20,000 nucleotides of DNA from an uncultured virus (IMG/VR IMGVR_UViG_3300025413_000018) (taxonomy: Duplodnaviria > Heunggongvirae > Uroviricota > Caudoviricetes): the IMG/VR virus record IMGVR_UViG_3300025413_000018. One strand, given 5' to 3'. The notes below the pieces were generated by a model. It did no database searches, was not told the origin of the DNA, and saw only the letters and a list, made by a program, of their open reading frames with translations. This document shows positions 16,011 through 20,000 of this stretch, piece by piece (the stretch's first letter is position 1; every line of letters begins with the position of its first letter). The position numbers and the translations under genes were made by a program.

Positions 16011-16544
16011 ATGGCAAAGAAACCTCTGGCAGTAGATTGGGGAGCAATCAAAACGGCTTATCTTTCAGGGATCACGCTGAAGGAATTAAGTGTACGCTTC
16101 TCTGTGAACCACAACACTTTACTCTCAAGATCGGCACGAGAAAAGTGGTCAGTCCCTCCGGCTCGATTCAATGCAATGAATGAAATTCCTACAGAGAAAA
16201 CCACACCGATCTTGCTCTCTCTCTGGACAGAGAGAGCTTTGAATATCCGAGAAAAAGAATATCGGATTAGCGAAAAAGCGTTGAATCATGCCGAGCAACT
16301 CTCTGAAGATCAGATAATTAGACAAGCCGATGGCATCGATAAATTGGCTAAAATCGGCAGGAGAGCAACAGGTCTCGACAAAGAGGAAAGCAATAAGAAT
16401 GCAGTAAATATCGCAATCCTAGGGGACTTTGATGCAAGTACCTGTAAACCATCATTTTACAGAGACAGAGAAGAATCTCGTACAGGATTCTCTACCCTAG
16501 AAAATGGGCAAGATTCCGGCATCGTTGAGGATTCTACAGAGTAG
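16011..16544 (+). CDS. Terminase small subunit-like protein with N-terminal helix-turn-helix
   Basis: DWGAIKTAYLSGITLKELSVRFSVNHNTLLSRSAREKW fits the DW..IK..Y..G....EL......V...TL.SR..RE.W HTH pattern of phage TerS N-termini, followed by a helical region. No large subunit is adjacent in the window. Confidence 0.65.
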   Translation: MAKKPLAVDWGAIKTAYLSGITLKELSVRFSVNHNTLLSRSAREKWSVPPARFNAMNEIPTEKTTPILLSLWTERALNIREKEYRISEKALNHAEQLSEDQIIRQADGIDKLAKIGRRATGLDKEESNKNAVNIAILGDFDASTCKPSFYRDREESRTGFSTLENGQDSGIVEDSTE

Positions 16545-16678
16545 TTCTACAGGTTTCTAACCAGTATTTCTGTTGACCACCACTGACTCCACCAGAGTCC
16601 ACCCCCCCACCCCAACGCGGGCGCACGCATCCACATAGACCCACCTAAATTTTTTTTCTCAAAAAGGAGTTATTAACC

Positions 16679-16873
16679 ATGCCAGAGACCCAGGTGTACC
16701 AGATACTAGCCATAGGCGATCCTAGGGCGCAGGACGGCCTGCTATTCGCCGGGTATGCCAAGGGATCAGATGGGTGGACAGACTTCAATAAACCCATCTG
16801 GGCGAATCCTACGCGGTGGAATAGGGTATGGCTACGGTGGAAAAGCCGGCACTCGATATTCAGGAAGCCCTAA
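16679..16873 (+). CDS. Hypothetical protein (64 aa)
   Basis: AAGGAG upstream of the ATG; converges on the RHH gene. Confidence 0.5.
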   Translation: MPETQVYQILAIGDPRAQDGLLFAGYAKGSDGWTDFNKPIWANPTRWNRVWLRWKSRHSIFRKP

Positions 16874-17040
16874 GTTCCGCGCTTGTAGGGGATATTCTTC
16901 CTCTCAGCATCGGTAGCGATCAGGTTCTCCAGGTAATTTGAGAACGACCGGCACTCCATACGAGCGGCTTTCGTAGCTACCTCTTTAAGGGTTTTGGTAA
17001 TCCTGAAGCCCGTAAGCTGTTTCTTGGGTGGTTTTTGCAC
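16870..17040 (-). CDS. Ribbon-helix-helix (Arc/CopG-like) DNA-binding protein, 56 aa, absent from the ORF track
   Basis: Manual translation from GTG: MQKPPKKQLTGFRITKTLKEVATKAARMECRSFSNYLENLIATDAERKNIPYKRGT*. It shows beta strand TGFRI, helix A and the RSxSNY helix-B start typical of RHH proteins. Alternative GTG at 17046. Confidence 0.75.
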   Translation of the reverse strand: MQKPPKKQLTGFRITKTLKEVATKAARMECRSFSNYLENLIATDAERKNIPYKRGT

Positions 17041-17189
17041 GCCCACGGGTCTACACGATTCACGAATAATGACAAACAGTTAACGATTCATTAAACGTAA
17101 AAGAATGTATCACATATAACATACAGATAACAAAACCGCATCATAGAGTATACTATGCGTAACCAGCCAAGGTTCACGATCCAGGTGAA

Positions 17190-17490
17190 AAAGGGGGAAT
17201 TGAGCAAAAGGGGGAATTGGGGGGAATTGGTTTTTTTGAATTCCCCCTCGGCGAAGGCCGATAAACACAAGCTGTAGAGCCAACAGGGGGAAGGGGGGAA
17301 TACCATGTTTCTTTCTTTTTCAAAATAAAATATATATATGGCTGTGTGTATGGCTGTTTCTGTGGCTATTTACTATAAAGTGTTTCCCCCCGATAATTCC
17401 CCCCTTCCCCCTTTTCGTGTAACACGTTTCGTGTCACATACTTACCGATCGGGGGAACCCCTTGGGGGACTATGCCTCCTCAATTCCCCC
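17190..17490. other. Candidate replication origin: GGGGGAA(TT)/TTCCCCC iterons around an AT-rich core
   Basis: About ten GGGGGAA-type repeats: mostly direct in 17193-17300 and mostly inverted in 17384-17490. They flank TTTCTTTCTTTTTTCAAAATAAAATATATATAT (about 17308-17339). The region is non-coding and downstream of the primase/helicase genes. Confidence 0.55.
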
Positions 17491-17613
17491 TTACGTTAAA
17501 TGACTAATAGTCTACGATTCATGTTTCACGAACCATGAAACTTAACAAAAAGATATAACAAGTTAATAATTTACAGGCCGGAGCGTCACGCTTCACGGTT
17601 AATGGTTCAACTT

Positions 17614-17687
17614 TGGAGGCGAGGGACGGACTCGAACCGTCGGTGGGGCTTTTGCAGAGCCCTGCCTTACCACTTGGCTACCCCGCC
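17614..17687 (-). tRNA. tRNA-Cys (GCA)
   Basis: GGCGGGG TAGCCAAGTGGTAAGGCA GGGCT CT GCA AA AGCCC CACC GACGG TTCGAGT CCGTC CCTCGCC T CCA. Complete cloverleaf, U73 discriminator and encoded CCA. Confidence 0.95.
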
Positions 17688-17853
17688 CTAGAAGTTGGGG
17701 TTACATTTCCTATACACATTTCAATATATGTAAAGGGGAATGCCGCCCTGGCGTAGTTGGCCTGATCGGGGCGGCGTCGATCTGTAGGGGTGGACGCCGG
17801 AAACCTTGGGGGCGGAGTCCTCTTAACCACCTGGCTCTTTGGGGCACTGACGC

Positions 17854-19533
17854 CTAGCCCACATTCACATGAACCGAGGATGGCTTTGCCGTGGATTCAA
17901 CGTCGGTTATGAAGATCTTGTACTTATTGCAGTCCTTCTTCTTGGATGTTTTGGGTATTAACGAGAGTCCTGTATCTGGTCTGGCACAGAGATCCTTGAG
18001 CTTGTAGCCCAGTTTATTACCTTCCAGACCCCGGAGGGCGTCACGAGAGCTTGTTTCAAGGCTTGTCGTTAACACTTCTCTCAGCTCTAGGGCGGTTCCT
18101 ACCCAAGGCTTACGGCTTTCGCTAGATGGCAACTTCGCCCACCATGCCTGGATAAGTTCGAGTAGACCGCTCTCAGGGCTGGACTGGAAAGCCGCTTCCC
18201 TAACCTTCTCGGATATGACGCTCTTTATGCCATACCTGCTCATTGGATCCGCAACCTCTGCTGGTATTACCCAAGCCTTTAGCCAAGCGAGGAAGTGTGA
18301 CAACTCTTCGTCAACAATTTTGGAGTATACGGATGGCTCTGGATGGTCTAGCCACTGGTGCAGATGTAGAGCAATCATCTTGTCCTCGTTGGACTGATCG
18401 AAATCGGGTAGTAACTTGATGGATCTCGGATCGTTGTTCAATCCTAATACGACACGACCCTTCCACTCGACCATCTTGGCCTGACCGTATTTCTCGTGAA
18501 ACTTATGTTTTCCCGTTGCGGCAAGTTTCTTAATAACAGCCGAGTACCTCGATCTCATGGCTTCGCTTGAGGTTCCTTTGCTGTCGTCGATGACCGCAAT
18601 AGGTGCGTGATATATTTCGCTGTTGAAGCTCGTTTCACCGCTTGCCATGTCCGAAAGATCGGCACTTCCACCCATAGCCGGCGTTAGGAGTTTCTCGATG
18701 ATGAAGCTCTTGAAGCACTGAACCGGCCCAACGAGAGCCATGCTCTGCCCTAGGGCAAGTTCTCCGGCCTCCGCACTCTCGTAGAATCTCTTGAACCAAG
18801 CTAGGAAGGTCGTCTTGTAGAGATCAGAATCAAAGACGTTGTCGAGGATGGCGGCGTACCTGGGGAAGAATTCACCCCAATCTCCGGCTGTCTCTTCCGC
18901 AGGGAAGAGCTTTACTCTGGCGGTGTTAAGTAAAACCTCGCCGGAATCGGTATAGGTCTCGTTCTTGCAGTAGAGACGAGGTGCGGCACCATCGACCTTG
19001 CGGTCTTTGCGAATGGTTACCTTGGCACGATCCATCGGTGAGCATGAGGCTCCCTTGGGTGCTTTGTCCGAGAATCCACGAACCTTTAGCTCTGCTGTTA
19101 CCATCGCAACGCTTTCCACGCTCCAGTTCCCGTTGGGGTTCCTCATGTAGAAGTTGCGACCATCCCAGTAGAGATCGTCGAAGTGCGCCGTGTTTGCGGC
19201 GGCGTTAATAACTGCCGCGCTTACTTCAGCGGCGGCCTCGGCGAAGAAGCTCGAATTAGCTTCGTCATTCGAGGCTCCCGATTCAGATAGATCAGCTTCT
19301 GCATCTTCCCCGTGTCCGTCCTCATCACCTGAGCCAGTCTGGTCAGCCTCACCGCTGTCAGACTCCCCGAGCACGCTCCCAGAGGGACTACAATCGCCGC
19401 TAGATCCGAGGCAATCTTCTGCCAGTGTTTCTTGTCCTTCGCATTCACTTCCACAATGGAGTGAGCTGATTGATTCCCCGACAGCGTGATCGATTTGATC
19501 GGTAGGGAGAGATTCTTGAGTATCGTTAGCCAT
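17854..19533 (-). CDS. Primase-associated SF3-like helicase (DUF5906/NrS-1-type); start uncertain
   Basis: Walker A-like LVGPVQCFKS, FNSEI, Walker B IAVIDD, motif C VLGLN and a C-terminal winged-helix-like PWVGTALELREVL. The first ~104 codons overlap the primase ORF in another frame. Confidence 0.75.
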   Translation of the reverse strand: MANDTQESLPTDQIDHAVGESISSLHCGSECEGQETLAEDCLGSSGDCSPSGSVLGESDSGEADQTGSGDEDGHGEDAEADLSESGASNDEANSSFFAEAAAEVSAAVINAAANTAHFDDLYWDGRNFYMRNPNGNWSVESVAMVTAELKVRGFSDKAPKGASCSPMDRAKVTIRKDRKVDGAAPRLYCKNETYTDSGEVLLNTARVKLFPAEETAGDWGEFFPRYAAILDNVFDSDLYKTTFLAWFKRFYESAEAGELALGQSMALVGPVQCFKSFIIEKLLTPAMGGSADLSDMASGETSFNSEIYHAPIAVIDDSKGTSSEAMRSRYSAVIKKLAATGKHKFHEKYGQAKMVEWKGRVVLGLNNDPRSIKLLPDFDQSNEDKMIALHLHQWLDHPEPSVYSKIVDEELSHFLAWLKAWVIPAEVADPMSRYGIKSVISEKVREAAFQSSPESGLLELIQAWWAKLPSSESRKPWVGTALELREVLTTSLETSSRDALRGLEGNKLGYKLKDLCARPDTGLSLIPKTSKKKDCNKYKIFITDVESTAKPSSVHVNVG

Positions 19534-20000
19534 TTTTCTACGGGTGTGTTGTCCGCCTCGATGAGGCAGTATTTGTATTTGGTGAGAGTTTCTTCGGAGC
19601 GACGGCTTTCTTTTCCGAGCCGATCGACGTATTTGGATTCCCCGCTGACGGGGTTAAGGAGCATCCAAGCACCTGACTTGTTATTTCTGACGGCATTCTC
19701 CAGCAGTGCATCAGGAGTCTCGTGACTCCAGACAAGCTGTCCTTGTGATTGCTCGTTGGTGAAGACGATGGTTTTCTCGTCATCTCCGTAAAGCACCCGA
19801 AGGTGATCAGCCGAGGAGAGTCCTTCGACAGCGATAGGGCTGTACGACATGATTTCTTCGATACTGGTGTCCGGCTGTGATCCATATTCCTTGATGAGTG
19901 CTTCATTGAGTGGTGGTTTGGGTATCGAGAAGCGTTCTTCGGTCGGGTTGTTGATCTCGACCTTCACCTTACGAAGGGTGTTGGAAACTTCGCTTGGTTG
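19221..20000 (-). CDS. Archaeo-eukaryotic primase (AEP/RepB-like) domain protein, 5'-truncated
   Basis: Frame open to the window edge. Motifs YCLIEAD, TLSGNQSAH and RLTRL match AEP motifs I-III. Directly upstream of the helicase. Confidence 0.7.
   Translation of the reverse strand, partial: QPSEVSNTLRKVKVEINNPTEERFSIPKPPLNEALIKEYGSQPDTSIEEIMSYSPIAVEGLSSADHLRVLYGDDEKTIVFTNEQSQGQLVWSHETPDALLENAVRNNKSGAWMLLNPVSGESKYVDRLGKESRRSEETLTKYKYCLIEADNTPVEKWLTILKNLSLPIKSITLSGNQSAHSIVEVNAKDKKHWQKIASDLAAIVVPLGACSGSLTAVRLTRLAQVMRTDTGKMQKLIYLNREPRMTKLIRASSPRPPLK

Larger units (their letters stand above)
9300..16489. promoter_or_regulatory. Dispersed family of 16-bp palindromic operator-like sites, consensus AATCCTGTACAGGATT
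   Basis: Copies at 9300-9315, 10874-10889 (plus half-site 10895-10904), 12673-12688, 13413-13428, 13946-13961, 14649-14664, 14861-14877 (1-nt insertion), 15095-15110, 15352-15367, 15376-15391, 15990-16005 and 16474-16489. Most are intergenic or abut start codons. The repeat is seen directly; the operator role is inferred. Confidence 0.8.

Noticed and set aside
9300..16489. Repeated palindrome as a CRISPR array
   Set aside because: Repeats are only 16 bp, irregularly spaced and separated by whole genes; no cas genes are present.
17091..17306. 71-aa minus-strand ORF
   Set aside because: Runs through iteron and low-complexity DNA with an implausible composition.
17560..17613. Theta/HDV-like ribozyme or att site at the tRNA 3' end
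   Set aside because: No HDV-like pairing is evident after the CCA, there is no duplicated tRNA fragment, and no integrase is in the window.
1..20000. TAG stop-codon recoding suggested by abundant CTAG
   Set aside because: Standard-code ORFs tile densely, several genes end cleanly at TAG, and no suppressor tRNA is seen.
1..20000. Host or phage taxonomic assignment
   Set aside because: Cannot be supported without database searches.

Overview
This window looks like part of a tailed dsDNA phage genome; no integrase or host housekeeping genes are visible. On the + strand, 1-4967 holds the 3' part of a giant (>1580 aa, 5'-truncated) internal-virion/polyvalent-type protein and one small gene. On the - strand, 4964-15874 is a long early-type operon of many small hypothetical genes plus a MoxR/CobS-like AAA+ ATPase, its HExxH+VWA (CobT-like) partner and a WGR-domain ATP-dependent DNA ligase. 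After that come a divergent terminase-small-subunit-like HTH gene, a 56-aa ribbon-helix-helix gene missing from the ORF track, an iteron/AT-rich origin-like region, tRNA-Cys(GCA), and an overlapping AEP primase and SF3-like helicase pair. The main non-coding signal is two complete pseudoknotted type II hammerhead ribozymes on the coding strand. They bracket a single 125-aa gene and would release a 471-nt RNA whose circularisation would rebuild a hammerhead. Other signals: a 16-bp palindrome (AATCCTGTACAGGATT) in 12 copies confined to 9.3-16.5 kb, a 34-bp repeat (candidate phage promoter) upstream of the operon and of the ribozyme cassette, and strong over-representation of CCTAGG. All calls come from reading the sequence by eye; no searches were run.
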